Positions 13,592-27,009 are shown, counted from the first letter of the stretch. The stretch is DNA of 64,000 bases from Felis catus (GCF_018350175.1 NC_058368.1:211856001-211920000); one strand, 5' to 3'. A program made the numbers and translations. The notes: generated by a model not told the origin, from the sequence alone.

Positions 13592-14317
13592 ATCTGCAAT
13601 TTAATAAGACATCCGTGTGATCCAGGCACACCTTAAAGTTTAAGAAGCATGGCTCTAGACTGATACTTTGTAAATCAGGCACTTGCCACTGTTACTTTTT
13701 CCAGGTTTGGGATACATCTTTTTTCCACAATACTTGCCGCTTTCTGCCACACTGGGTCAGCGCTAGGCCCAAGTCAGCCCCCAGAATGATCCCTGGATTC
13801 TAATCACTGGGCCTCGATGACCAAGTCCTTGCAGCCAGCCCTACGCAGCTTGTCACCCGAAGGCAGTAACTGTCTTCTCCCACTTATGGGGAAGGGTTTG
13901 GAATTAGGGTTTCTGTAGCAAGTCTACAGGGCACTCATTTTTGGGCCCTTGTTCTACCACTGTATGTACTAATCATTTACATAGTGTTGTCGTGTTAGCC
14001 CTCACAAAACTCATACATGGAGGCCTCACGACCCCCACTTCTCAGAGAAGTGCCCAAGATCACATGACTAGAAAGCACACAGATGCAAATTGAAATCAGG
14101 GAAAATTCCAAACCCCTTCTGTCCATGCTGTCTCTGGTCACTTAACCACTGTAGCCTGTGGCTTTCAGATCGAATTCAACCAGATGAATTCCAAACATCC
14201 TCCCACCTCTAAAATCTTTGAATCCATTAATATATTGAACTCTTATGAACTTCATTGCTAATTAAGAGGAATCCTATAAAAATTATTAATAATCAAAAAT
14301 AATCAATAAAGATATTT

Positions 14318-14546
14318 GGGGTGTCTGGGTGGCTCAGTTGGTTAGGCATCTTTTTTGGTTCAGGTCATGATCTCACAGTTCATGAGTTCAAGCTCCACGT
14401 CGGGCTCTGTGCTGGAAGCTTAGAGCCTGGAGCCCACTTTGAGTTCTGTGTCTCCCTCTCTTTCTCTGCCCCTCCCCTGCTTACACTCTGTCTCTCTCTC
14501 ACTCAAAAATAAATAAACATTAAAAAAAAATTTTTAAATAAAAAAA
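14318..14546 (+). mobile_element. CAN-SINE
   Basis: ggggtgtctgggtggctcagttggtta head; A-rich tail. Confidence 0.9.
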
Positions 14547-14671
14547 ATCAACATTATCTTGGTACCAGTAGCTAAGCCCTGGTTATTAACAAACTCTTCG
14601 AGACTTCTCTATCATATTTGAATACCCAGGTCACAGTTTTAGCATCATTTATTACTGTTTTTTAATACTGT

Positions 14672-14813
14672 AGTTTATTTTTTATTTTTTAAATTTATTG
14701 TCAAGTTAGCTAACATACAGTATATACAGGGTGCTCTTGGTTTTAGGGTGGATTCCTGTAATTCATGGCTTACATACAACACCCAGTGCTCATCCCAACA
14801 AGTGACCTCCTCA
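14672..14813 (-). mobile_element. Carnivore/felid L1 extreme 3' end (5'-truncated)
   Basis: Poly-T then gttagctaacatacag...cttacatacaacacccagtgctcatcccaacaagtg. Confidence 0.8.
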
Positions 14814-14834
14814 ACTACAGGTTTTTTGTTTTTT

Positions 14835-15070
14835 GTTTTTTGTTGTTTTTTTTTTTAATTTTTTTTTCAACGTTTATTTATTTTTGGGACAGAGAGAGAC
14901 AGAGCATGAATGGGGGAGGGGCAGAGAGAGAGGGAGACACAGAATCGGAAACAGGCTCCAGGCTCTGAGCCATCAGCCCAGAGCCCGACGCGGGGCTCGA
15001 ACTCACGGACCGCGAGATCGTGACCTGGCTGAAGTCGGACGCTTAACCGACTGCGCCACCCAGGCGCCCC
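14835..15070 (-). mobile_element. Young felid SINEC_Fc
   Basis: Near-consensus body with intact CpGs, ending gcgccacccaggcgcccc; gttttttgttttt flanks. Confidence 0.95.
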
Positions 15071-15101
15071 GTTTTTTGTTTTTTTTAAGTAGCTGTTTAC
15101 T

Positions 15102-15303
15102 GGGGCATCTGGGTGGCTCAGTCGGTTGAGTGTCCAACTTCAGCTCAGGTCATGATCTCACAATTTGTGGGTTGGAACTCCACATCAGACTTTGTGCTGA
15201 GAGCACAGAGTCTGTTTGGGATTCTCTGTCTCCCTCTCTTTCTGTCCTTGTCCTGCTCACACTCTCTTTCTCAAAAATGAATAAACATTAAAAAAAAAAT
15301 TAG
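15102..15303 (+). mobile_element. CAN-SINE
   Basis: TSD agtagctgtttact / agtagttgtttact (15088-15101, 15304-15317). Confidence 0.92.
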
Positions 15304-15624
15304 AGTAGTTGTTTACTTACCTGCTTCTCCCACTTGGAACTTCCTTCTGGGGAAAAGGGGACGGGGAGCAGTGTCTTATTTAGATCCATATCCCCAGAAA
15401 CTAGGAGAGCTTTTCACATATATTCAGTGCTCACTAATATCTATTGAAGTACACTAAGCCAGCAGACATAAAAAGAGATTAGGAAACCCTCCAATTGCAG
15501 GACTTGATAATTCTAGTTAATATCTAATATCAATCCATTATTAGATTTATACCCATACATTTATATTCATAAAATAAAACCACCATTCTATTGCACGTGG
15601 AAGGTTTGTTTCACACGTAAATTC

Positions 15625-15683
15625 TTTTATTTTTTTAGTTCATTTATTTTGAGAGAATAAGCACACACATGTGAGTGGGGAGG

Positions 15684-15725
<42 letters not shown>

Positions 15726-15846
15726 CCCAAGCAGGCTCCATGCAGCCAGAGCCCAATGTGGGGCTCAAAGTCAAAAACTGTGAGATCATGACCTGAGCTG
15801 AAACCCAGAGTCAGATGCTTAACCCACTGAGCCACCCAAGTGCCCC
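15625..15846 (-). mobile_element. CAN-SINE
   Basis: (GA)n tract, ...gagccacccaagtgcccc; degenerate TSD cacacgtaaattcttt / cacatataaattcttt. Confidence 0.9.
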
Positions 15847-16039
15847 ACATATAAATTCTTTTAAATAGGCAGGGGTCTTTTGCTCCAAAGTTTCTTTGTT
15901 CAGTGGAATGGTAGGTGTGAAGGAAAGAGGCATAAATGACAGGATAATTAAATGACAAATGACAACCGTTGACCTGGCTATAAATTATAAGTAGTTTCAA
16001 AAAAGGAATGTGTAAGTTTTTCATAGAATTAATTAAGGT

Positions 16040-16258
16040 CAGGGCTTTTCAACTGGAGGACATTTTGCCCCCTTTGGGACATTAGGCACTGCCTAGAGAC
16101 ATGTTCGGTTGTCATCGCTCGTGGAGAAGTCGTTGCTGGCATCTAGTAGGTAGAGGCCAGAGATGCTGCTAAACATCTTATAATGCATAGAACAGTCCTT
16201 CACAATGAAGAATCCTTCAGCCCAAAATGTCAGCAGTGCCAGAATTGGGAAATCCTGA
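16040..16258. mobile_element. MER20 DNA transposon fossil
   Basis: ctggcatctagtaggtagaggccagagatgctgctaaacatc...cagcccaaaatgtca signature. Confidence 0.85.
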
Positions 16259-17980
16259 TTTGGATAGGCCCGCAAATAGTGCTGGGAATTTAGTACATCT
16301 TTATTGGTTGATTGCTTGGCTCAGCACATGACCTCTGAAACCAATGGCATCTCCATGATTGGATAAGGAGAGTCATTGTCTGATAGTGATCCAGAGGCAC
16401 CACTTGTCCCAGAACTGCCCTCTGAATCATAAGTATGGCTGGCTTAAGGGCCTCTCCTTCTCAAAGCCTGGGACCTACCATCTAGGACAGGTCACTATAT
16501 GTGTCATTTGTCTATTTATGTATTTTCCCATCACCCATAACTAGACCATATATTCCTGTTGGCAGGAGACGTAAGTTTAACTTTTTCACATCCATTTATC
16601 ACAGTTTCCCATAATTCTGTCTTATAATGCTTTGACACTCAGGGCATGACAATGATGCTTTATTTTTGGGAATCATTGGTTGAACAGTTGGTCATCTGTA
16701 AATATCCTCTGTAGTAAATTCCAAGTAACCATAATGTAGACTGACCAGAATCAACCATTCTCCCACCATTTGGGATAAATTAGGAGTCATGGCATTTGAC
16801 ATTCAGATTTGTGTTCCTGGAGTCAGGATTTATATTAGGTGTTCAGGGTTAGAGAAAGAGAATTCCTTAAGTTCTATTTTCTTCCTTGATTCCCTGGTTT
16901 ATGAAGATATTGTCTTTATCTGGGAAATAAAATGGAGACTTCACTCACACAAGAAAAACAAAACCAAAAACAAAACTTTTCTGTCCAGGTAGATATTTGT
17001 GTTTGGTGAGACATGATGGGAGGTTGACATTTAAAGGTGTCTTGACAGGTTGATCAGCCTACACAAGTTCGTGGCTCAGGTAGGAGGTGTGTTGGGCATT
17101 CATCTCCTCACATCCCTGGGTACCTCCCACCTCTGGGGGGTGCCCCTCTCTCATCCCTGCATTCTCAGGATCCCTGATGCCTCCACGATGAACAAATACA
17201 GTGTCCTGCTTAGGTGAGGGGCACTTGTATTTTAAAATCCAAAGAGAATTAATCACTGCTAATGGGATTTCAATTATTATACCATTAAGGCAGGATAGAT
17301 TTGGGGGAGTCCTTTCTCAGTGTTCCTCAAGTCACACTGTCATCAGCAAAAGCAGGTAAAACAAGCAACAGAAAGACAGGGACCTGAAAGGTCCAGGTCC
17401 TGTGACATGACAATACGATTTTTAAAAATTCATGTTTCAACTTGTGTTATTTGTTCTGTGGCTATCAACTAGGAACAAGTTCCTTTAGCTTCTAATAAAG
17501 GAATGAAGACAGAGTGCAAAGCTGTTTCATCTTTGCAAACTTGCATCGTGCTAGGAAGCTTATTAATAGATAAACGACATTACAAATGATTTTATTGCAA
17601 CCAGAGGTTGGTTTTCTCTGGGGCTATTTAAGGGCAGGAATTTTAGTTCCAAAGCAGTTTAGAGACTACAGTTTGCAAGGCCACGGGACTTCTGTTGGTG
17701 TCAATATTCGTTTCTGGCACCGGTCCATTTTACTCTTTTATTATCAACCCCATATTATGAGTGAGAAAGTCCAAAATCACAGCAAGTACATGCCAGAACC
17801 AAGCTTTGAACACACGTTTCCTGGTTGCAGATGTCTTGAGTTGCTGCTGTGTTAACTCTCCATCATAACCAGGCTCTGCTGGCTTCAGGGAGCTTTCCCA
17901 CTGAAGGGGAGGGCCTGGGCACCATGGGAAGAGAAGGCATATATTGCTAAATATGCTAATGCAGCTTTCTTGCTTTCCAG

Positions 17981-18306
17981 GTTTTGGAGGTACGCTGGGT
18001 TACCTTTTGGGTGCCATCGACTGGGCCCATCTGGAGATAGGAAGAGTGCTGGGCACAGAATTCCAGGTCATGTTCTTCTTCTCCGCCTTGGTGCTCACTT
18101 TGTGTTTTACTATTCATCTCTGTAGTATCCCTGAAGCCCCACTTAAAGATGTTATAAAGGACATTTCCCCACAGCAAGCCCCCCAGGACTTTCCATTGTC
18201 ACCAGACAAAATGTACCAGTATGGGTCTATTGAGAAAGCTAAAAATGGTTATGTAAACCCGGAACTGGCAATGCATGGGGGAAAACCCCCAAATCCTGCT
18301 AAACAG
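17981..18306 (+). CDS. SLC45A2: SLC45A2 coding exon 3, 326 bp
   Basis: ttccag acceptor, CAG|gtaag donor. [21 protein letters not shown]...[16 protein letters not shown]; phase matches exon 2. Confidence 0.97.
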
Positions 18307-18849
18307 GTAAGATGCAAATTCTTTTTTCTTCACTCAGGAAAAATATCCTTGTTCTTACCCTTTTTATTTTGTTTATTATTCTTGGTTTTGTTTGCTTTTT
18401 TGATATGATAATTTGATGTGAAGTCTAATTGAATTCTCCAGTCTCCTATAGCTCTTATCCCTTTGAATTAAAATTTGCACCTCAAAAAAAATTGTGTGCG
18501 TTTTCCTCTGGTCTTCCTCTTACTCTTTTCAGAGCATCAAACTAGGAAAGATGAAGCCAGTTCCAGAATGTTAGACCGTAAGAGAAGCCTGGAACCATCT
18601 TCAGGCCTTAAGAAATATCTTTACTTCTTAGATTGGGATTATAAATGTGTTCTTCCAAATGATAGCATCCCTGGGTTGGTAACTGGGCTGGGCATGTTTA
18701 ATTCGTGTCTAATGAACTGATTTGAAAAAAAATTTTTAGGCCATTTTCAGTGAACTAGTCAGTGAATTGATTAGCTTAGAATTTAAGGAAAATTCTACTA
18801 AATTACAGAAAAATTAGGTTAGGAGGAAATGGTCAGAGAGAAGAGGCTA

Positions 18850-19060
18850 GGGCTATGTTGACCAATATATTGGCTATTCGTCCCATAAGGCTATTTAAGT
18901 TTAAATTCATTAAAATGAAAAAAATTAAAATGTCAGTTCCTTGGTTGCCTTAGCCACATTTCCAAGGCTTAATAGCCCCTTGGGGCTAGGAGCTACAGTA
19001 CAAAGCAGTGCAGGTATGGAACATTTCCATCATTGTAGAAAGTTCTGTTGGACAACACTG
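18850..19060. mobile_element. MER3-like DNA transposon fossil
   Basis: tagccacatttccaag...gaacatttccatcattgtagaaagttctgttggaca. Confidence 0.75.
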
Positions 19061-20487
19061 ACACACAGCTGCATGCTCCTTCAAGCTGACTTTGATGGCA
19101 ATACCTCAGGGATAGAAGTACAGAGGATTTCCTCACTGGCAAAGAGGTTGTGAAAGACCTGGGTTTAAATTTTGATTCCTCTAGCTGGCTGACCTGTTTT
19201 ATTCATTCAACAACCATCAGGCGTTTGCTATAAAGAGCCTAAAGATTAAAGGTGCAAATGTTCAGATCCTGCCTCTACCAGCTCTGGAATGCATGACCTT
19301 GGACATTTACATTTCTGTAAAATGAGAAAGTGATTCTGTCTACCTTTAAGTATTTTGTGCAGATTACATGAGAGAATCCATACAATGTTACTTAGAGCGG
19401 TTCCTACCACATAGTGAGGTGTTTGGTAGAGGTACCTATTATGAGCCTGGCAGAATGCTGAGCAGTCCAGACACAAGTAGGGAACAGACTTCATCTGTGC
19501 TCTAACAGAACTTTCAAACAAGCTCAGTGAATCTCATCTCTATGAGCTTGACTTCTCTTGTTGGGTTGTCTTCTCTATATTCTAGGGTTATTGGGATGTT
19601 CAACTAAGATGAAGCAGGGAGCGGTGCTTTTTAAGCTTTATATGAGTCTATGAGCATATCACAGTCAGTATTCACTCAACAAACCACTTTGGGTACGGAG
19701 TATGTACAAAGCTCTCTACCAGGTATTTAGGGATCATAAAATTGACTAATGTCCCATTCCTATGCTCAAGAACTTAGACAGCCCTACCAGGGGGCATAAG
19801 CCAATACTTATTTTCCAATACTTATTCACAATACTTATTTTCCAAGGTAGAATATACTTTACAAAATGAGGGTGGCTGTGCAGTTTGGTAACTGGGATTA
19901 TTATTTTTTTTAATGGCAAGAAGCCTACATTATTTCAGGATTCAAACTAGATCCCATAAAATCTATCTGCAATTCCTCCATGCCATCATTGCTTACTTCA
20001 GCGTTTCAATAGTCTCCTTTTGAGACTAGGAAGCTCTCTTCCCAATATTGCCTTTCTCATGTATAAATTCACCACCACCCAATCTCCGGCTGACAAAGGA
20101 GCACAAAACATGCAGTAGAGTAACTCCTCAGGGCTCAAAACCATTGAAAGGGCTTCACCAAGGGAGCTGATGAGTCAGGGAATAAGATGCCAGCTGAATT
20201 TTCATTCTGAGTTAAAATACCCAAAGGGCTTTGAATATTCACATTCCCAGCTTTTACAGAAATAGTAGGCACAATTTGAAAGCTCATATTTATTTTTGGA
20301 TGGAAGAAAATGTTAGATTAACAATGAAAGTAGAATGAAAATTATGTATAAGGCAGAAGCCTAAATTAATATTTGGAGTGAGGATGAATACTTGCTGGCC
20401 ACATTCACTTTTTAAAATTCTGCGTTTTTGGAAAGAAAACAGGGAAAGTAAAAATAAATCACCTAGTCTGAGGCATGAAACCCAGGC

Positions 20488-20615
20488 TTTTTATTTTATC
20501 TTATTTATTTTATATTTTAATTTCTTCAGTAACCTCTATACTCAATAGGAGGCTTGAACCTACAACCCTGAGATCAAGAGTCACATGCTCTACCACCTAA
20601 GCCAGCCAGGCACCC
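20488..20615 (-). mobile_element. Short older CAN-SINE
   Basis: accctgagatcaagagtcacatgctctacc...agccagccaggcacccc with T-rich tail. Confidence 0.8.
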
Positions 20616-20771
20616 CTTTATCTTCCTGTGGTTACTAAAAAGTAACAATCCTGTACTGAGTTTCTTTTACACCAAACATTTATTTTAACAGTTACCATAT
20701 TTTACATGCAAAAACAGTTATTTTTTCTAATTCCAAAGGAATGCCTATACTTTTTAAATACTGATTAAGTG

Positions 20772-21228
20772 CAGTTGTCCCCAATTAACTGCGGTTTCAC
20801 TTTCCACGTTTCGGTTACCTGTGGTCAGCCGCCATCTGGAAGCAGATGATCCTTCTGACTTATCGTCAGAAGGTCAGTAGTAGCCCTAATGCTATGTCAC
20901 CACGCCTCACTTCATCTCATCACATAGGCATTTTATCATTTCACATCATCACCAGAAGAAGAGTGAGTATAACATAATACCAAATTTTGGGAGAAAGAGA
21001 CCACATTCACATAACTTTTATTAGCATATATTATTATAATTGTTCTATTTTATTATTAGCTATTGTTGTTAATTTCTTACTGTGCCTAATTTATAAATTA
21101 AACATGATTACAGGTACGTATGTGTAAGAAAAAACATAGTCTACAGGTTTCGGTACCATGTGCAATTTCAGGCATGCACTGGGAGTCCTGGAATGTATTG
21201 CCTATGGATAAGGGTGGGGATGACTGTA
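20772..21228. mobile_element. Tigger2a-like DNA transposon fossil
   Basis: Inverted ends cagttgtccc...gggatgactg(ta); gagaccacattcacataacttttatta block. Confidence 0.75.
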
Positions 21229-21899
21229 TAAGAAAATCAGTTCAGTCATGGTCAGTTGGTTAAATACTACAAAATTGACAACTTAAAAAATCAACTTATA
21301 CAACAAACCTACAATGAGTAAATATAATTTTCCACAACAAAGAAGTAAAAAACATTATCATATAAAGTGTAGAGTTATAAAAACAATATTTTGTTATAGT
21401 GAAAATAGAAATTCCCCAGAGACCATCTTATAAATAAACTAGCCAGGACTCAATTTCGTTATGTCAAGATTCAGATTAAATAAAGATATGACAAGAAAGA
21501 CCCATCACCCCACAATGATTGATGTTTATAGTCTCAGTGTCTTCAGGGCAGCTGACTGCTCAATATTCTCAAGCTTTCTTTCTTCTCTTATATAACTAGA
21601 TGCTAAAGGCTGTTTGACTCTTTGTATTCAAAACTGTTGTGTCAATAGCTCAAAATTCTCATTTTCTCAAGGCTTCTGATACAAAAAGAAAGTGTAGCTT
21701 CTGGTTTTAACATAATTTAAGTCTAAATTAAAGAATATGGGCATGTGTATTCAGTGTGTGTGTGTGTGTGTGTGTGTGTTCTATATTGTTTTCACTTCTG
21801 ACTCCACATAGGGCTCATTTATATGTGCTGACTCATCGCAAGATCCAGGGAAATAAACTGAGAAGAGATACTTGGTCAAGAACAGGGAACTGTTTGGCT

Positions 21900-22465
21900 C
21901 TGTATTAGTTTTGTATTGCTACCTAGAAAATTACCACAGCTTGAGCCCCTTGAAGCCATATTTATTATCTCACAGTCCTGTAGGTCAGGAGTCTGGGTGG
22001 GCTCCACTGGGTTCTCTGCTTAGGGTCTCACAAGGCTGAAATCAAGGTGTTGATGGAGGTGCAGTCTCATCTTGAGGCTCAACTGGGGAAGAATCAGTTT
22101 CTGAGCCTCATTCAGGTAGAACTCCTTGTTGTACGACTGAGGTGCCTGTTTTCTTGCTGACTAAGGGCCAGGAGTCACTGTCATCTCCTACAGTTCACTC
22201 TCAGGTCCCTTTCGTGTGGCCCCTTCCACCTTCAAAGCCAACACTGCTTGTGTTTGAAACTCTGGCTTCTTCTTCTGCTCCCACCTGGAGAAAACTCTCT
22301 GCTTTTTAAAGGGCTCATGTGATTTGGTTAGGGTCACCCAGATAATCTTGCTTTTGATTAACTCAAAGTCAACAAATTAGTAACCTTAATTATCTCTGCA
22401 AAATCCCTCTGCCATGCAACACCAGGAAACAGAGATCATGGGGCCATCTTAGAATTTGGTGTATC
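21900..22465 (-). mobile_element. MaLR (MLT1) solo LTR
   Basis: tgtattagtttt...ctcacagtcctgtaggtcaggagtctggg...gggccatcttagaatt. Confidence 0.75.
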
Positions 22466-22850
22466 AAACTTTCAGAGTCAAGAAATCTAAGAATTATAAT
22501 AATCTCGGGCTAGCTTAGGTCTGTGAGCTCTGTCCTTGTGCAGTGGTTCTGTCATTCAAAGATAGGATGCTAGATATCTCTTGCATGTTGACCCAAAGCA
22601 AGCCCCATTTCCAGTTCCATTACCCCTAGGTCTCCGAAGCCTCTTCTGGATCTGAAACTGCTAAATATCCACACACAATTAACAGAACCCCTCCTATAAG
22701 ACCTCTCCATGGATACCTTGGTGCCATCCCCAGAAAGTGTGACCCTGAGGTTGTCAACTGACAGATATGTAACATGGCTGTGTGCTCTGGCTCACACAGC
22801 TGGCTGCATGTCTGCACTGAAGGTCACACCTGTTTCATGTTTTCTTCCAG

Positions 22851-22994
22851 ACTAGGAAGGCAATGACCATGAAATCACTGCTGAGGGAGCTGGTGAATAT
22901 GCCTCCCCACTACCGCTGTCTTTGCATCAGCCACCTCTTTGGATGGACTGCCTTCCTGTCTAACATGCTCTTCTTCACAGATTTCATGGGCCAG
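22851..22994 (+). CDS. SLC45A2: SLC45A2 coding exon 4, 144 bp
   Basis: ttccag acceptor, CAG|gtaat donor. [48 protein letters not shown]. Confidence 0.97.
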
Positions 22995-23679
22995 GTAATA
23001 AATGTGTGCACACACTCACTGACTTGCACATTAATCCTTCATTCTGCACCTGTTGAGTGCCTTCTGGGCTAACCCCTAAGATGGGCACAGTAACAGTGTG
23101 AGAAGGAGTACTTTCAAAGAGCTGCCTTGTAGACAGGTCCCAGAGACAAGTTATTACACCCTAGACATCTCTATGGGACCAGTACTCGATCAAATACAGC
23201 AAAGAAGAAAGAATCAATGTGAGCTGCAGTGGTCATGGCAGGCATAATAAAGGAGACACAGTATGATCCAGGCCTTGAAAGGTGAATAGGAACTGGAGAA
23301 AGAGAGAAGAGAGAAAATAATTCAAGCAGTTATAGGAATGGCATGTGCAGAGATGAGTCAGAAGCCTGTTGGCTGTACCAGAAGGGGGACAGGGTTGTCT
23401 AAGTCAGCTGCGGGCCAGATGTTACGTGGAAGGAAGGGTGTTAACGATCTAGGGAGATGTTGTCTAGACTTGATGGCATTAGGACTTCCTGATGGTCCTT
23501 GAGTAGAAGTATAAAAGGATGAAAGGGGTGATGTAGTCATGGGAGAATGAGCTCTGTGTCCTGGGAAGGGCCCTTTGGGCAGGGACTGCCACTCCCTAGA
23601 GATGGAGAAGCAGAGCACATGGAAAGGGGTCCCTACCACACTGCGTTTGCATTTCAACAGCCCCAAATATCTCTTTCAG

Positions 23680-23803
23680 ATTGTGTACCATGGAGATCCC
23701 TATGCTGCACACAACTCCACAGAGTTTCTCATCTACGAAAGAGGGGTCGAGGTTGGATGTTGGGGCTTGTGCATCAATTCCATGTTCTCCTCACTTTATT
23801 CTT
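23680..23803 (+). CDS. SLC45A2: SLC45A2 coding exon 5, 124 bp
   Basis: tttcag acceptor, T|gtaagt donor. [41 protein letters not shown]. Confidence 0.97.
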
Positions 23804-25343
23804 GTAAGTCTTTTCTTCCTGAGGGTATCTTCTAAAGGGCTCTGGTCTAGAAGAATCTTGGACTTTATATTTCTGTATTTATTTTTTGCTCTTTAAAATA
23901 CAAGATTCATGATAAATATATGGAGATCAGGAAAGACCAGTCCCTTAGAAAGGACCACATGAACTATCCTTTTCCATACTGAATTCTATGTTGTTTTTCT
24001 CATTGGTCACTTTTTTCCTTGGAATCTATGGGAACCTGATCAAAGTTCCCTGGAAAATAAAAGGAAATCTTGTAAACAAGATGGAGAAGTATTGGATGGA
24101 CAAGGGCTAGAGTCCCAGCAGAGAGTATTGATTAGCAGTGAGTATTGATTAGTGTTCTACTGGAGTAAGATCACTGGTGGAGTTTCACAGATATGTTTAT
24201 TAGAACTATAAATGATTGAGCATAGGAAGGATGCTTAAAATGCTGGGTGACAGAGTTAACATGCAAAATGTTAGCTTAGCTCAGGTAGGCAGGGTGAAAT
24301 GTCACAGGAGCACTTTTCAAGGATTGAAGATGACAACTTTTTTCCTAAGGTACCAGCTTTCCACAGGGACTGGAGTCCATTAACCCCCGTTAGCTAAGTT
24401 TCAGCTGTAAGGACACTGCAAACAAAGAGATTTCTGTGATTGGTTTTAAACAACCCCAAACTAATGTATTATAACCTTAGTCTCATGTGGTGCCTGCCAA
24501 TGTGTATGGAAATCTCCAAGCTCTGTATACATTGAATTAAGTGAAATAATCTGGCTGATAAAAGGTATGCAGGTCCCCCATTTGGAGTAGAAATTGGGCT
24601 TCTAATAATAATGGAAGCTCCTCCTGGATTGTGGGGAGAATAGCTGGCCTGCAACTCGGAGCTCTAGGCTTTGGGCAGACCCAGGGGATAGCAGGGTTAT
24701 GGCCCAGGTGGGAGAGGGGGAAGTGATGGACAATCCCTGTCACCATTCCCAGGGGGCACTCATTCTGCCACTGAAGTGTGCTTCCTGAGGGGGAAGAGAG
24801 TGAACGTGTATAATGACACCTGATCTGGCCTACAACCAGCCATAGTACATTAGGAAACCTGCTTCAAGATCAAAAAAATATCTTCAAAATATAGCACGAG
24901 TGGGAAAAGGGGACCTAATACAAACATATAAGGAATTCATGAGTCCCATAACCACGAAACCATAAAATTTACTATTTTAAAATTTATGATAACCAAATAA
25001 TGGTGGCTTAAAGGTTATATTTCTTTAGCAAAACTCCTTTTTTTTTCCCTTTAGGGTGAATGAACTAAGAAAATTCCAGGAGGAAGATTTCAAGTACTTA
25101 ACATAGAATCAGAGAGCATTAGACTAAAAGGGACTAATAAGTTATTCATCTCAATCCCTTTGTGCTATCAAGAGGTGGGGGGGACTATTTATACCACCTC
25201 ATTCTTGTAAGAGGAGCCCATTTTTCCACAAGTAATTAGCATTTTAGTTTTGTGACATTTAAAAATATTTTTTTTCTCAAAGAATCCCTACTAAGGACCA
25301 TTCCATTAGGAGCTACTCTTAGGTATTTGAAAATTAAAATGCA

Positions 25344-25556
25344 GGGCGCCTGGATGGCGTAGTCGGTTAAGCGTCCGACTTCAGCCAGGTCACGATCTCG
25401 CAGTCCGTGAGTTCGAGCCCCGCATTGGGCTCTGGGCTGATGGCTCAGAGCCTGGAGCCTGTTTCAGATTCTGTGTCTCCCTCTCTCTCTGCCCCTCCCC
25501 CGTTCATGCTCTGTCTCTCTCTGTCCCAAAAAATAAATAAATGTTGAAAAAAAAAA
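25344..25556 (+). mobile_element. Young felid SINEC_Fc with 15-bp TSD
   Basis: TSD gaaaattaaaatgca at 25329-25343 and 25557-25571. Confidence 0.95.
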
Positions 25557-27009
25557 GAAAATTAAAATGCATGTTATTTTTTAGGCCCTTTTGAGTTAAA
25601 AGCTCTGTATCCAATAAACGATTATTTGAATAGTTTTCCAAAGTTATGTTAATGTGTAGATCTATGGGATCCCTTTCACTTGAATTAGAACTAAAATTTT
25701 ATTTATAAAATACCAACCAGCCCTAAGGATCTTCAGGGTCTCTCCATGCCCATAAGATAAAGTCAAAGTCCTCAGCCTGGCATTCCATGATTTTCAGCTT
25801 GGTCTGGTTTACACCTTGACCTCTGTCACTCCCACACAGATTCACTCCCCCTGAAGACTCACTACACAGACTTTCTCAGCTCTGTGTTTTTCAAACTGCT
25901 TTTGGTTTTTCCTTCTACCAGATGCTCTTTCTAATTCCACATCTAGACAACTGCTACTCAAGCTTTTAGACTCAGCTCCAATATGACCTTGTTAAATCTT
26001 CCAAGTTCTTTCCCTCTGCACTCCAAAACACCCTGGGCAGAATCAATCATTTCCTTTAATTCCAGAGTACATCCTGTATTTTGGACTCATCATATAACAT
26101 CAGATGCAGACCCAGAATTTCTATCCAGATGGAGTTTGGCAGGGCATTCTGGCTGCTGAGGTGGAGGGTGAGGTATGGTATTTTCAGGTTCCTTTTACAT
26201 AGCAAGCACACTTAGATCCATGAAAATAGCAATATCGAATACTGAAATATAGCCAATTTTTCATATCATACGCTACTATTCATAGTGGGTACTTGAATCA
26301 GTCATTCCCTCCAGTACTGATGAAAGACATAGTATGAAGACGTAACCACGACTGGGTATCAGGCCCTTACACTTATTGATTCTCTTCATGAATAGAGGAT
26401 TTTTTGCCTGATGTCTTTGTACTGAAGTTACTTATGTTTCCAAATATCTCTTTGTGCTTCTTTGCCTTTTTCTTGGCTGGCCTATATACTTGGCTGAGAG
26501 CATTTCCCCAGTGAATACTGATGGTGTCTTTTAGGTACTGAGACACCTAGGTTACATTTTTTTGTATAAACGTAATCATTAAGCAAACAGGAACTCTCCT
26601 AGCTCTCTATAGCTTTCACTCTCAACCTTGACAGCAGCCCTTCTAGGGATGGTACGGATTTAATAGAGGAAACAACATTTCCCACTTGTCATTTTCAGAG
26701 CTCTGACTTCCATCAGATGACCTGAGACAGTGTTTAGTTTCCATAATTGACTTAAATGTAATACAGATTAGATTTCTTGTCTAGGTGAATTAAATCCAAC
26801 CATTATTTCCAACAGATACGGAAAATTTTGTTCTTGAATAGACACATTTGAGGTCTCTATCATTCATCCCCTGGATTCATGGGTTCCAGTAGAATGGGCA
26901 GGGGAAAGATAGGGAACATGTGGATTGGGAACAGCTATTTAAAAAAGAAAGATCGAGGTTTCTAAGGGATTTTCCTACCATGTTGGAAAACATAGTAAAA
27001 CCTTCAAAA

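Noticed and set aside
10355..16024. ORFs with ERERER, LSLSLS or THTHTH tracts
   Set aside because: Translations of SINE (CT)n tracts and (TG)n microsatellites.
23655..23679. Upstream caacag acceptor before SLC45A2 exon 5
   Set aside because: Would add 19 nt and shift the frame; the downstream tttcag gives the correct phase and protein.
25344..25430. tRNA-like A/B-box sequence
   Set aside because: tRNA-derived head of a CAN-SINE, not a tRNA gene; the same applies to all SINE copies.
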